33,791 nucleotides of DNA, taken from the NCBI GenBank assembly GCA_003990765.1, contig RBNJ01000300.1, forward strand, positions 1 to 33,791, read 5' to 3'. Below, piece after piece: positions 1 to 12,944 of this stretch (its first letter is position 1; the number at the start of each line of letters is the position of its first letter). A program made the position numbers and the translations under genes. The notes below the pieces were generated by a model. It searched no databases, was not told the origin of the DNA, and worked only from the letters and a program-made list of their open reading frames with translations. The DNA is from Jimgerdemannia flammicorona (Eukaryota).

Positions 1-2249
1 TCCCTCTCTTCCACCTTCTCTCGATGAAAGACCACTTTGTCAAACACCATCTCTACCTGCCCACCACTCTGTTTACAGATCTCCTCTACCAAATGGTGAT
101 GTTGCCCACCCTGGAGACCCCAACCAATCCACCACCCAGGCAGTAGATCTCCCACCAAAGCCTCCCATCTCAATAACTTCTTCTGCATCTCTATTTGTTA
201 CCCTTCCTCAAAAACAAAAAGCTAATGCCCAGCCAAACCTACCCACACCACTATAACTCACTCTACAATAAGCCATCCATTGCTGACACCTCTCACCAGT
301 CTAGATTTCAAATTCTCCCAGTGACCTCTCTCACCATCTGGCCTCCTTCCTACACCCAGCCAGGCCCCTATAGCTATCGAAAAGTCTCCCAAAACCTCAC
401 ATTCTCTCAGCCAATGTTCTGGCATCTGCACAACTCCCCCAGCATGCCCTATATTATAACACTCCTCACAATCCAGTTGGCCACCATCCACCAGATGCCT
501 AGTATGGAAATTCAACATAACATTTCCCTATAGAATTTCCACCAAACTACCCAGAACTTGAGAGAAAGCCACCTCCACACCTCAACACTCCAGGACCAGA
601 TTCCTGCCCAGTTCCACTCCTCACCAATCCCTACTGCCTGCCAGTTCTTCAGCCAAAGATCCTTGCCAAGTCCCAGCTGACACTCCACTCCATTGCCAAT
701 ATCAAACTCAGTAAGTGGAGTCCTCCCTAGAAGCAGTTAGTCCCATTGCCACATAGCAGGGCCCCACACCACCTCTCCCTCATTGCCACACCAGTGCAGG
801 TCAATCCAGTGTATGCCATCCACCACTCCTTATCAGAAGTCCCTATACCTCATCTGTCGGCTTCTATTCAGATCCACCAAAGAGAGCAAGTCACCTGAGG
901 ACTCTCAAGAGGAGAATCTCATCTTCCACACCTTCTGTATCAGTGGTACTCAACCTTCACCCTGCAGCTCCACTGCCCTTCTCAGCCACCAGGTATGCAG
1001 ACAGTATAGCTGCTTAGGGAAATCTACCAGACCTAGACCTCCTCTAATCCCCAGCTCCACAAGAGTATTCCAACTGATCTGAGACCTTCTTCTTGCCCAA
1101 ATCCAATCTCTAGCCAGTTTCTTCAGCCTCTTCACCACCAGGTTGGAAAGTCTAAGTGATATACCACATACCACAGCTTGGAGAACCAGTAAACATTCAA
1201 GATTGAGATCTGCCCTGTCAGGGAGATGTGATGACCTCTCCAACCTTTAAGAGCCTCCCCCCAAACAGCTACCCTCCACTTCCACCATACCCATGGTAGG
1301 ACTGACCCATATACAGAAAGGAAGATACCAAGATACTGCACTATCTCTCCTGTGGAGACAATTGTTCCAATGACATCCCCTCCCACTAGCCTATTCCCCA
1401 ATACCATTGTCTCATACTTATGCCAGTTGAGTTTCACCCCACAGTATATCTCATACCATTCCACTATTTCCTTAAGTGCCTCTACATCTGCTACTGATCT
1501 AAGTCCAACTACCATATCATCTGCAAAGGCCCCACCTTCTACACTATACCATTCACAGAGGGCCCAGCCACCTTCCTACAGATCCTATCTATCAAAGGTT
1601 CCAGTGAGAGGGCATAAAGAAGAGGAGACAGTGTGCCTTCTTGGGGAACTCCTCTCCCCAAGAGAAATGCCAAACCCAAGTATCTATTACACATTAGTGC
1701 TGCCCTACTGCCCTCCAACAACTTCAACATAGAAGCCCAAAACCATGGCAGAACACCAATTCTATCCAGCACCTTGCCCAGCCAAACCCACCAAACATGG
1801 TCATAGGCCTTCTCCTGGTCCAGAAATACCCATCTACCATCTAGTCTACAAGCCTGGGCCCCTTCTATGATGCCATGTACCCAGGCAGTCCCATCCCTGA
1901 TAAGTTTTCCTCCCACAAAGCCCTGCTGCTCCTCACCCAGTACCTGTTGAGCAACCTTCTGTAGCCTTATAACAATCACCTTAGTCACCAACTTCTGGTC
2001 CATATCCAGAAGTATGATTGGCCTCCAGTTCTTCCAGTCCTCCTGCCTACCCTTGTCTTTATACAATAAGGCCACCAGCCCCAAGTCCTGCTCACCAATC
2101 CACTCACCATTTAGAAGAATATGGTCACAGAGAGCAGCCATCTCACCTAATACTTCAGGGACCTTTGCCATCTACTTCCAGAAATCCCAAGATAACCTAT
2201 CCTCCCCAGGTGCCCTTCCAAGCTTAGTCACTGCAAGGACCCCCTGGAT
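1..2249 (-). pseudogene. Element A ORF2, 3' part (RT and C-terminal CCHC zinc finger), with stops and frameshifts
   Basis: ORFs 1539-2171, 1132-1515 and 258-518 carry the RT and CCHC motifs. The frame IQGV|LAVTKL continues directly from 8068 once element B is removed. Confidence 0.92.
2238..2249 (+). repeat. Target-site duplication of element B (GACCCCCTGGAT), left copy
   Basis: Identical 12-mer at 8068-8079; this copy abuts the poly(T) tract. Confidence 0.95.
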
Positions 2250-2300
2250 TTTTTTTTTTTTTTTTTTTATAGTCACTTGGACTCCTTTATTCCACTAGTC
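2250..2300 (-). terminator. 3' end of element B: AATAAA, AGTC-CAAGT-GACT hairpin and poly(A)
   Basis: Minus strand reads GTGGAATAAAGGAGTCCAAGTGACTATA(A)n; the same motif ends D and E. Confidence 0.85.
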
Positions 2301-2396
2301 TAGAAAGAGAACACTATCCATGTATCTCTACGATTACCTTTAAAACAATAATGAACCCAACCCACAACTATTGATAATAATACAAAGAAGGGCCAT

Positions 2397-5300
2397 TCAG
2401 TCCACTCCTTCTTTCCACCTCACCCCCTTCTCACCAAGTACAAGGTGATCCCAACTTCTCTGAATAATGTCCAACACCTTCTTCATGGCCCCCAACTGGT
2501 GCCTCTTCCCCTGATACAACCACCCTTGCACCACTTCCAAGAGCAACCCCTTCCACTGCTCCACCAATTCTCCAATTCCCATCCAGGGATCCCTCTCGAA
2601 CACCCATCGCCAGTGCACCGCCATCAGTACCCAGATGCTGATAATCCGACCCAGGCCTCCCCAGATGTCCCCAATTTCTCCCACCAGGCAGCGCTTGATC
2701 ACCTGACAAGTGGGGCCCCCTGCCTGCTCACTCTCCTCCCCCCAGTAACCTTCCAATGTCTGCCAAAATCCTCCAACCCCTGGACAGGCCGCCAGAACAT
2801 GCTCCAGAGTCTGCACTACTCCCCCATCCAGCTCACAACACCACTCACATTCCCTTACACCTTCTTCTACCATCCACCCCATCCTATACCCCAGCATGAC
2901 GTTCCTCCGCAGAAATCGCCACCATACCACCCAGAACTTGGGCAGGGCAATCTTGAGTAGTGAGGTCCCCCAGCCCCAAACCCGACCCCACTCCCATTCT
3001 TCTCCAAACCCAGCCTTCTGCCAACCAACCAGCCACCTCTCAAGTGGACCCATCCGGATCCACTCCATTGCCCCAGACAAAGAGTATTCCACCAATGGGC
3101 AGCCACCAATACGAATCACACCAAATTGCCACCACTGTCAATCTGGGTCCTCCTCTTCTTTGCCAGGTTCTGGGCCCATGAGACCCATTGCCAGCCAAGC
3201 TTCTACAATACCCCACCAAAATCCCCTATAATGTAACCTGCTAACCCTTCTGACCTGGAGCAAACCTCACATGTCCTTCCGAACCTCACTCCGGGGGCAG
3301 AACCGAACTTCCCAGTTGTCCATAGCCAGTTCGCTCCAGCCCTCCTCTCCTAATTCTGCCATTCAACAACCCCACCAACCTTTAAGTACCTTCAGCTGCC
3401 TTCTGAAGTCCACCAACCCCAGACCTCCATCTGCCTTCGCCATCACCATAATTTTCCAGCTAATCTGCGATCTCCTTCCCTGCCACAGCCACCCTTCGAC
3501 CACCTTCTTCAGCTTTTGAACCATCCATCCTGGAAAGTCCAGGTGGTACCTCAAGTACCATAGCTTCGGTAACCAATATACATTCAAAACTACAATCCTC
3601 CCAACCAAGGAAAAGCCCCTCCCAGACCAGCCCACCAAGGCATTCTCCCACTTCTGTATCATTCCACACTACCACTCTTTTGGCAGCACCATCCCATAAA
3701 CCGAGAACCAGATGCCCAGATATCTAACTGCTTCCCCAGGTCTAACCAATTGTCCAAAATGTCCATGCTCCCCCAATCCAGCTCTAAGCTCCATAGTCTC
3801 ACACTTGCCCCAGTTCAGCTTCACTCCTGCCAGCGTCTCATACTGTCCTACCCCTTCCTGTAAGCTCGCCACATCTTCCACACTGCCTAACCCTATTACC
3901 ATATTGTCCGCAATGGCCCCCATCTTCCAGACCACATCCCCAATTTTCAATCTGGTAAGCCTCCCCTTCAACCACGCCAACAAGGGCTCCAAAGATAAAA
4001 TGTATAGCAGGGGTGAGAGAGGATCTCCCTGTGGCACACCTTGCCCTAAGAGGAACTCCGGGCCACTACACCCATTCATCCACTGCAGCCCGGCAACCTC
4101 GCACCAGACCCATCAACTTTCGAGCCTCCCCTATATCAAATCCGGCCTTCCGTAGAACTGCCTCCAAGTAGTTCCACTGCACCCTGTCATAAGCCTTCTC
4201 CTGGTCCAAAAACACCATCCTTCCATCTACTTGCCAGCTTCGACAACCTTCCAAAACATTTTGCACCCATGCTGTACTGTCTCTAATCTGCCTCCCCTTT
4301 ACAAACCCTCACTGTTCATCGCCCACCAACCGACCAATCCATTGTTGCATTCTCCCCGCCAGAATCTTGGAGACCAACTTCCTATCCACATTCAGTAACA
4401 TGATGGGTCTCCAGTTCCGCCACACACATCTGTCCCCTTTCTCCTTATAGAGCAGAGAGACTAGTCCTAAGGAGCCATTGCCAATCCAGCAGCCTTCCCC
4501 CAGTGTAAAGTTCACCATTTCCACAAGCCATTTCCCAAGCTCAGTTTGAAATTCCTTCCAAAACTCCCAAGGCAATCCATCCTCCCCTGGCAATGAACCA
4601 GTCTGCACTTTCCTCAGGACCTCTAATACTTCTTCAAGGGACACCCTACCTATTACTGCTCCACCAATTGCCAGCTCCGCCACCACTGGCCAGCTGCCGA
4701 CCAAATTGTTATTGTCCTCCAGTGCTGCCTTTCCCTCCACCAGCCCACCATCATCCTGCCATAGGGTGCACCATCGACCGGAGATCTCCCCAAGCATATC
4801 TGTGATATCAGTCACCTCAGTGCCATCCTCCCGCAACATGGAAGCCCAGCTGTGCCTCACCCTTCTTGCCTTCAAGATACCAGACAAGTGTTTGGTGGGT
4901 CGCTCTCCTTCTTCCAACCACTTTGCTTGCAATCTTGCCAGCAACCTATCCACCACTCTATCTTCTGCAGCCTTCAAATCTGACTGCAACTCTGCCACCT
5001 CCTTGATCAACAGGGAGCGCCATTCCTCTGAGGGGTCCTCTCCCTCTAAAAGTCTCAACCGCCAGCATAGCCCCTGCTCTGCTCTCCTCTCTCTATCCTT
5101 CTGCTCTCTTCCCGCTACCTCTCCTACATCACGCCAGAATGCACCTACCAGATGTTTAAATTTCCCCCACCACTGTGCTATTGACTGGCCACTATTCTTC
5201 CACCGTGCCACTTCCTGTCATGCAATTTTAACAAATTGGTCCCACTCCACCTGTCTCTTAAGTAATGTCACATTAAGTCACTATCTGCCTCCACTACTAC

Positions 5301-6030
5301 TGGCCGTCTGGAATCTCCCACACACCTCTACACCCCAGTGATCTGACCAGGGACACCACTGTACCTTAGTTGAATCCAAAACATTACCCCAGCATTCTGC
5401 CAACAGCATCCAATCAATCCTTGTACCAACCAAATCCTCACCAACTGGATGCTACCTAGTAAATGGCCCTGACTTCTCACCTTGACGTTGTCATACTCCA
5501 TCAACCAATCCCATTTCCTTCTCCACTTGAAGCCATCATGAGAGCCCTGTAGAAACCACCACACCAATTCCACCATCAGACCTATCTAATGTCCTGTCAC
5601 GAACTATGTTGAAGTCCCCTCCCAAAATATCCAGCCCAATCTCCTCTCGGCCTTCCCAATCCAGCCAACCTTCCACCCATTGGTTTTGCTCTCTGCCAAC
5701 TGCTGGCAGATACGCTGAGCCAACTACAAGCCCATCGCCTGCTCCTCCTTTCAGTCTCCCCCAGACCAATCGATCACCATATCTCTTGACCTCCTTCAGC
5801 TCTCCTCTCTCCAAGCCAACCAGAATTCCCACCTGCTCATTCCACCCTGTGCTACCATACCATTCCTTGCTCCACTCCCCATAATCTTGCTCCCCATAGG
5901 CCCGAACGTCCTGCAAAAATATCAAGTCATACCTCCTGTTCTTCAGCCACCGAAACAAACGCCTTCGCTTCACTCCATCATGCAAACCATTGACATTTAG
6001 TGATAATATACATAGACTGTTCATCATCAT
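2397..6030 (-). pseudogene. Element B ORF2: APE endonuclease, reverse transcriptase and CCHC finger, disrupted
   Basis: SLNVNGL..DLIFLQD..GGDFN (5536-6030); WLEEGERPTK, PGEDGLP, NWRPIMLLN (4309-5211); GVPQGDPLSPLLY, GAIADN, RYLG (3669-4079); CEWC..HVLAAC (2397-3119). Confidence 0.93.
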
Positions 6031-6042
6031 GAATGTAAATGT

Positions 6043-7886
6043 TTAAATTTCCACCGGATTCGCCGCCACCTTCTCAGCCCTACTGCAAATAATAGCTTTC
6101 CATTCCTCACAGATACTCCTCCAGATGGGTGCTCCATTCATCCCATTGCAAAAGACCACCACTCACTCTGACACCACCTTCCTGATTTCAGCCATATGGT
6201 CCTCATCAACCTCATACCCTTCATCATCCAGAAGTGCCACCACCATTGCTGTCAACAACTTTGGCCCCTGCAATGCTATGTTGAGAAACCCATCCCAGGT
6301 CTCCTGCGATCCATTAAACACATCCACTTCCTTGATATCCTCCTCCACGAGTTCCTCGAGCACTGCCTGATACCAGTCATCTGCTGTCATCACCATGGGC
6401 CCCGGGGTGGCAGGCCTAGGAGTCCTACTCAGCTCCTGCAGCATCTCTCTATCTGCCGACACATCGGAAGCCACATCCACCAGATTGTCCTCCTCAGTGC
6501 CCTTCTCCAGCCGAACCACTTCACCTGCCTCTGGGCATTCCCAATGCACATTCGCCGCTCCTGCCATGCGAACATCCTCCAACTAGGTCTCTGGTACCAC
6601 CTCGACAACCTCCTCAAAGCCCCCAGTGGTTGCCTCCTCCTTATCTGCCCACTTCCCTGTCACTGGTGTATGAGTAGAATCCTCCACACCCCCCAGTTGT
6701 GAGAAGGACACCTCAGCCATCTCCACCTCTTCCATTTGACTTTTGGCCATCTCTGCTTTTTCCTCCTCCTCCCTTTTTGAGCCCTGGAGGACTGTCAGCA
6801 GATGCTTCCAGTTTGCCCTTCGCCACCTCTTCCTCTTTCCATCAGTCGGAATCCAGATCCAATCCTTGGCAAACTCCTCCCATTTCCTCTTCCACAATTC
6901 CTTCGCAGCCTCTCTCTTCTCTAGGGCGACTAGCAATTCCTCCTCCTCCTGTTCCGAGCCCTTCCTTCTCCACACCTTGCACTCCTGCCCTCTGATGTGA
7001 ACTACTTCTGGACAGTCCCTCCCTTGCCCCATGGCCTCCTTGCCTTCCAGCCTCACCATCACCTTGCAGTTGCTATTCCTCAACTTGGTCCCCTCCCAAA
7101 ACATGAACCCGAAGTCAACCATCTCACCAAATGCCCCCAATGCCTCCGCCACCATTCCTTTGGTCTCCTGTCTCCCAATGTCGGCAGCCCTTCAATCACC
7201 AGTCACACTGCCTGCAGGTCCCACCTCAGGCACCTCGCCATGCCAACTTTGATGTTCTTGATGACCAGCCCTTTCTCCAAGGCCTTCACCATCTCCTCCT
7301 CCTCGACGAATCCTATCTCAACTACCTCAGCTGATGGGATGAACTTCAGTGACTCCACCCCTGCAATCTCCTCTCTAACAAGCCACAAGACCTCCCTTGC
7401 AGACATCCCCAGCCACAAAAAATTTGCTGATATGGCCCATGTCAACACCGATTTGTGGAAGAAGGGACGCACCACCAGTTCACCAGATCCAGCTGCCATC
7501 GTCACCTTCTTCTTATTCTCCGATACTCTAGCAGTCACCCCAGCCACTGGCCCAGCCCCAGGAATACCAGTCCCAGCCACACCACTTCCGGACCCCTGGC
7601 CCCTAGCAGGCACCTGACTAGTCACCTGACCTGTCACCTGGCCAGTCACCTGACCCCTACCCCTGTCAACACTACACCCCCCCTGCCCTACCCCCATGGG
7701 CCTAGGAGCCGCCCTCCTGCCCCCCATCACTGTGTGCCAACTCACAATGCCAGCCTGCCCCCCCTGACCACCTACTCCTCCTGCCCCTACACCTGCTCCA
7801 ACTGTTGCCGCGAAACTCTTGGGGAGGCCCAGACCAGGCCTCCTCCTCTCCAAATGCTCAGAGCTTGATGAATCCTGGGTCGCCAT
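6043..7886 (-). pseudogene. Element B ORF1: Gly-rich N-terminus, probable RRM-like core, acidic C-terminus; disrupted
   Basis: ORFs 7203-7886, 6583-7155 and 6163-6582 lie upstream of ORF2. They share SFA, VEIGF, RCLRWD, EEEELLxALE and DEGYEVD motifs with ORF1 of A, D and E. The end coordinate is approximate. Confidence 0.85.
7611..7656 (-). repeat. 12-bp tandem repeat in element B ORF1 encoding (G/S)QVT
   Basis: Plus-strand unit GTCACCTG(A/G)C, ~4 copies; protein GQVTGQVTGQVTSQVP. Confidence 0.85.
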
Positions 7887-8067
7887 CTGACGAAAACTCC
7901 ACCAAAATAGATGAGACTCATTGTATACTGTAGCTAGACTCCTGCCACACCTTGTACACCAGAATAGATGACGGGAAAACTTGAAAACGTATTGCTTGTC
8001 ACGAAAAGATGTCCGTGTGGCTTAGCTTGCTCTGAATGGTTCTAGCAAAAGGAGTCTGAGGACTTCA

Positions 8068-8079
8068 GACCCCCTGGAT
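8068..8079 (+). repeat. Target-site duplication of element B, right copy
   Basis: GACCCCCTGGAT, identical to 2238-2249. Confidence 0.95.
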
Positions 8080-9464
8080 CTCCTCCTCTTGGACTAGTAA
8101 GATCAGGTCAGCCAGACTCCCCACCTGCAGTAGCTCCCACTCTTCCAGGGCATTACCAATTGCCTCTTCCTCTACACCCCCTTCTTCCTCACTCCACAGA
8201 CCCTGCCAACTCTCCTTCAAAACCCCCAGGATCTGTTGCATGCCATATACCATATTCCCTTTGACATCCAAAACTCCATCCCACCAATGTTGCACTCTCT
8301 TAGCTTTGAGGAGTCTAGCCAAGTACCTAGTAGGCTGCTCCCCCTCCTCTAGCTCCTGCCACCATAACCTGGCCACCATCCCTTGCATATGAATCTCTTT
8401 CTCCTCTCTCAACACCTGTTGCAGTTCCACTATCTCCAATTTCACCTGCTCTAACCTCCAATCATCCATTTCAACAGAAGAAAGCAAGTCTGCCCATTCT
8501 ATCTGCAATCTCATCAGCCTATTTGAAGCACACCATATGTGCTTCCTTCACTGTCTCCCAGCCTCTCTACCAGCTCCACCCTAATAAACCCTTGTAGCCT
8601 CCTTTAACCTCAATCACCAGACACCTACAGACAATCCCTCATGTCTCTAGATAGAAACCTTCACCTATACATCCTCTACTCATGAGCCCACAACTCCTTC
8701 TCAGCCAGTAGAGAGGAGTTAAGGTGCCAATGTCTAGGTCTATCTCCACTCCCCCCAAACTGCCCCTGCCCCAATAGTCTCCAGTGATCAGATCATGGGC
8801 ACCACTCTACCTCAAAAGTCTTTCAAATATCAGCACCCCAACATTCAGCTGTCAGTATCCAGTCAATCCTTGTACCTAAGCCATTCACCCAATGTGTTTA
8901 GACCCTGGTGTCACCCCATCACATTCTGCCCATATCCTCTAAGGAACTAAGATTCTCCACCTCCTCTCGTGCCTCCAGCCCACCACTTCTCTCACCTACA
9001 TTTCTTTCTCCATCAGTTCTATCCAGATGGGGGTCCCAAACCATATTAAAATCACTACCCAGAATATTGACTCCTTCCTCCAAGAGAATACCCTCCTCCA
9101 GTAGCTTTCCAATCCATATAATCCTCTTGCCCCTAACTGCAGGGCAGTAACAGGAGCCAATCCTCACCAATTCCCACCCTGGCCAAATCTAATCTCTCTA
9201 GACCAATCGATCACTCCAGTTCCTGATTCCCCCCAGGTCTTCTTTACTCTTCTTCACCAGAATTGCCACTTTGCCAAACCAAGCAGCAGCCCCACCCCAT
9301 TCTCTAGACCATTCCATCCAATCATCCTCCTCCTTACACTGTATATCCTGCAGTAAAAATAGATCAGCCTCCAATCCCTTGAGTAAAGCAAAAATATTCT
9401 TATATTGCCCAGAGTCTCTTAATCTATTTACATTCAAAGAGAAAATGTTGGTTGTACTATTCAT
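8068..9464 (-). pseudogene. Element A ORF2, 5' part (APE endonuclease and linker)
   Basis: MNSTTNIFSLNVN..DLFLLQD, GSCYCP, GSDFN, RIDW and SDHW motifs; colinear with E 30068 onward. Confidence 0.9.
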
Positions 9465-9495
9465 AAGAAATAATGTTATATATTGCTCACATTCT

Positions 9496-11524
9496 CTACA
9501 AATCCACATTCAACTCCTCCAATAAAAAGTCCAAGTCTCATTCTGCCACTAGTTCTTTCTTCTCAGCTTCCTGTGCCTCTAACCCTCTCAGAAGTTCAGC
9601 CATTACCCCATTCTCTCTCTCCTCAAAGTCCTCATGATACTTCAGACAGGCCTTCTGGCAGAGCTGCAAACCATAATGCTCTGCTCAATAGTAGGCAGTC
9701 TGCTCACCAGCAACAACTGCCAGCTCCTCCTCTCTCACTGTATCAACCTTATATCCCTCCTCCTCTATGAAAATCACCAGAATCTCCACCTTCAGTGCCT
9801 CTACCACCCTATTGCCACACAGAATCTGCACCCAATACTCCTCAGGCATCATACACAGGTCTACCTCTCCCAACTCCTCTGCCATGAGATTATCTATCAC
9901 CTAACTCATCCAAAGCAGGTTCCCCATCTCCTTCCCTCCCAGAGTCTCTGGCTGCCTTATATCCAATATTGTGGTATCAGCTTCCATACTAGCAGCCTCA
10001 TTCCACTCCTCCTCAGAGACATCCACTAGCTCATCCTCACCAACTGCTACTACCTGGCCCCCTTTTACCACATCAGGGACCCCAAAGTATACTCATTGGC
10101 CCCCCCACATCAGCACATCCTCTGTTGCCCCTCTCTTCACAGCCAGACCCCTCCTGATAAGAGGGGGGGGGAGTGGTATCCAAATCCTGCTCCCAGACTT
10201 CAAACATATCATCTGCATAGAGGTCCTTGCTTGGCACCTTCCCAGTTCCTTCCTTGTTTGCCTCCATCTCCCCTTCTCCTTTGCTAGTCCAGACACTGGC
10301 TTCAATACCCCCAGATACATCAGCCCCATCCACCTTCTTCTTTGCCCCTCCTTTCATACTCGCCAATAGCTCCCTCTGCCTCCTGCACCCCTGGGCCTGC
10401 TCCCACTGCCTCTTGTCAGTGTGAATATACTTCTTATCCACAATCTCCAGATGTTTTGATTCCTCAAACACTCTCTAGGCCTTTACCCTTCTCTCAACTA
10501 TACCACTCAACTCCTCTAAAGCCTCCAACAAGTCCTCCTCCTTCTCTTCACTTCCTTTCACCCTCAATACCTTACAAACTAAAGCCCCTCTCATTAGTAC
10601 TGAGGGCCAGTCACTCATCTTCCCAGTGGCCTCCTTCTCCGCCAACTGAATCCTGACATCAATGTCACTTATCCTGAATGTGGTCTCCTTCAACATCTGG
10701 ATGTCAATGTCCACCACATCACTATACTCCACTATCACCTTCTCCACCCTCCTCCTAGTCTCCTCATTCATCACCATTGCCACCCCTCTCACCAGAAGCT
10801 GCACCACTCTGGAGTCCCACCTCAAGCACTGCAACATGGGGACCACCACTTCCCCAACCATCACTCCAGTCTTCAGGGCCTTGTCCAGTGGGCCTGCCTC
10901 CTCAAAGCCCACCTCAACCCCCTCCAGACCCTTCAGGAACTTCACTGAGGCTGCCCCAGCCATCTGCTTCAAAACAAGCCCCAGGACCATCCTTGCTGTC
11001 ACTGCCAAGCCTCGAAAGCACAAGGTAGCTGCAAACTCCAAGATCGACTTCTTGAGCAATGGGGCCACCACCAGCCCCATTATACTATCTGCCAGGTCCC
11101 CCTTCCACATTAGAACCCCCTGCCCGACCTAACCATCAGCCATTACATCTCTTTTTTTTTTCTGATCCCCTATTATACTCCCATCAACAGTTACATCCCC
11201 AGCCATAGCCCCTCCAGCCCCTATACTCTCCTCTCCCCCCTGATGGCCACTCCCCCTCCTGATGCTAGCCTTGCCCTTCCCCTCAGCAGCACCAGCCCTG
11301 GTTCCAGCAGGCCATCTACTTGTCTTTACCTTGTCAGCAAAGTTGGAGAGACCAGGCCTTCCCCCAGATCCACCAGATACTGGTCCACCTCCAGAGCCTT
11401 TGCCACCCTTTGACCCTCCAAAGGCCACTATCCTCAATTCATAACCTCTCCCCACATACTGCCAGCTGAAAGCCCCAGGTCTACCTGACCCAGCATGCCC
11501 ATCAGAACTCTTGCTCAATAACAT
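9496..11524 (-). pseudogene. Element A ORF1, disrupted
   Basis: ORFs 11129-11524, 10475-11110, 10073-10471 and 9685-9900 are closely similar to E ORF1 (APLLKKSI, SVKFLK, EELGEVDL, EEEGY). Confidence 0.88.
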
Positions 11525-12944
11525 TTTTATAATATCTTTTCTCTAAGTTGTATTGAACACCATTGCTTGAAGTTTGTGTAACATGAATTGTACAGGAAAA
11601 AGAAGCATTTTTAAGTATTTCTCTATTAGTTTTGAATTTCTCTAAAGTCTATTGATAATTATTTATATTCATTCTTTCAGAAGTTTGGTTATTTTAGCTA
11701 TCTTAAATATGTGATAATTCTATAGTAAAACTTTTTATTCAATTTTTTTTTTACTAAGTATTTGTCTTTTAAAATATATATCTATAAGTAGTCATTAGTA
11801 TTAGTTATATTATAGATCTGTAGTTTTATAATCTGTCTAGTAAAATTTCTTTAAATTTGCTTATAATTAATAATTAGATAAGATCTATATAATCTATCTA
11901 AATAGTAAACTATCTTTCAAAAAAATAGTAGTGGAATATATTTATAGTCCAAATGACTATAAGGTACTCTAATTTGTAAGATTTATATTTACTTTCTTCT
12001 TTATAGATTTCTTAGTCAAAATATGTAATTATATATTCTACTTTATATTTTTTTATATAAGAACTATTCTTAGCTTAATTAAGCTTATATTTATCTATAA
12101 AATAAATTTTTAAAACTATTTAGTTCTTTTTAAAATTCAGTCTGATTTAAATTTAATTGAATACTCTTTGCTATTTTTTATTTTATTTAAATTTGACATC
12201 TTTTCTAAATAATTCATAGATAGAATCTATAATAATAGAGAATTTTTTAATAAATCTGCTGTAATATATAGTAAATCTTATAAAGACTTAAGCTTCAATA
12301 ACTGTAATAGATCTTTAATAAGCAGTCATTACTTAGATCTTAATGAGATCTATATGAGTTTTAGTTTAATTAATTAAATATTTAAGATAGCTAATCTTAA
12401 TTTTTATAAACTTATACTTCTTGAGCTTAAAAAATATAATATTTTCTTAATTTCTCTAAGATTTACTATATGTGATATATATATTTCTAGGCTATCTTAC
12501 TAAAGATAAAAATATCATCTAAATAGATCATTATTTATTATATTATATATTATAATAGATATTCTTATTTAGTATTTATTAAAAATATATCAGAGTATTA
12601 TATATTCTAAATAGTATTCTCAGATAACATAAATTTTATCTAAAGTAATAAAGACTTTAAGTTAAAATTTATTCATTGTAGAGAAGATAAGATATATTAG
12701 AATATAACTACTAAAGATGAGAGAAGTAAGTGAAGCCAGTAAATTAAACAATTAGTTAAAAAGAAACTATACAAAGTCCAGTAAGCTAAGGACTCTACGG
12801 AGAGAGATTTTATTATAACTATAAATAAAATAAAGATATTAAAGCAAAAATACAGGCAATTAAGTTAAGATATATAATACTTAGTACTAACTATAAAAAA
12901 CTGAAATAATATAACTAAACTCTAACTGAGTGATATAAAATAAA

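Larger units (their letters stand above)
2250..8067 (-). mobile_element. Element B: full-length L1/Tx1-like non-LTR retrotransposon of a divergent subfamily, nested in element A in the same orientation
   Basis: Poly(A) tail (T-run ~2250-2268), ORF2 6030-2397, ORF1 7886-~6043, 5' UTR 8067-7887 and a perfect 12-bp TSD. It visibly retains more CpG than A. Confidence 0.95.
1..11608 (-). mobile_element. Element A: degenerate L1/Tx1-like non-LTR retrotransposon, interrupted by element B; 3' end lies just left of the window
   Basis: Minus-strand fragments of ORF1 (11524-9496), APE (MNSTTNIFSLNVN from 9464), RT (KNWRPIILL, FLDQEKAYD, GAFADD ~1530-1513, YLG, GGLGL) and a CCHC finger (CEEC..HWLREC). 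The 5' motif at 11605-11571 matches element E 27931-27965 at 30/35 nt. Bases 1-60 align to E ~33650-33710. Confidence 0.93.

Noticed and set aside
9528..9536. AGTCCAAGT as another 3' hairpin copy
   Set aside because: It is a short match inside element A ORF1 that lacks the GACT arm and poly(A); probably chance.
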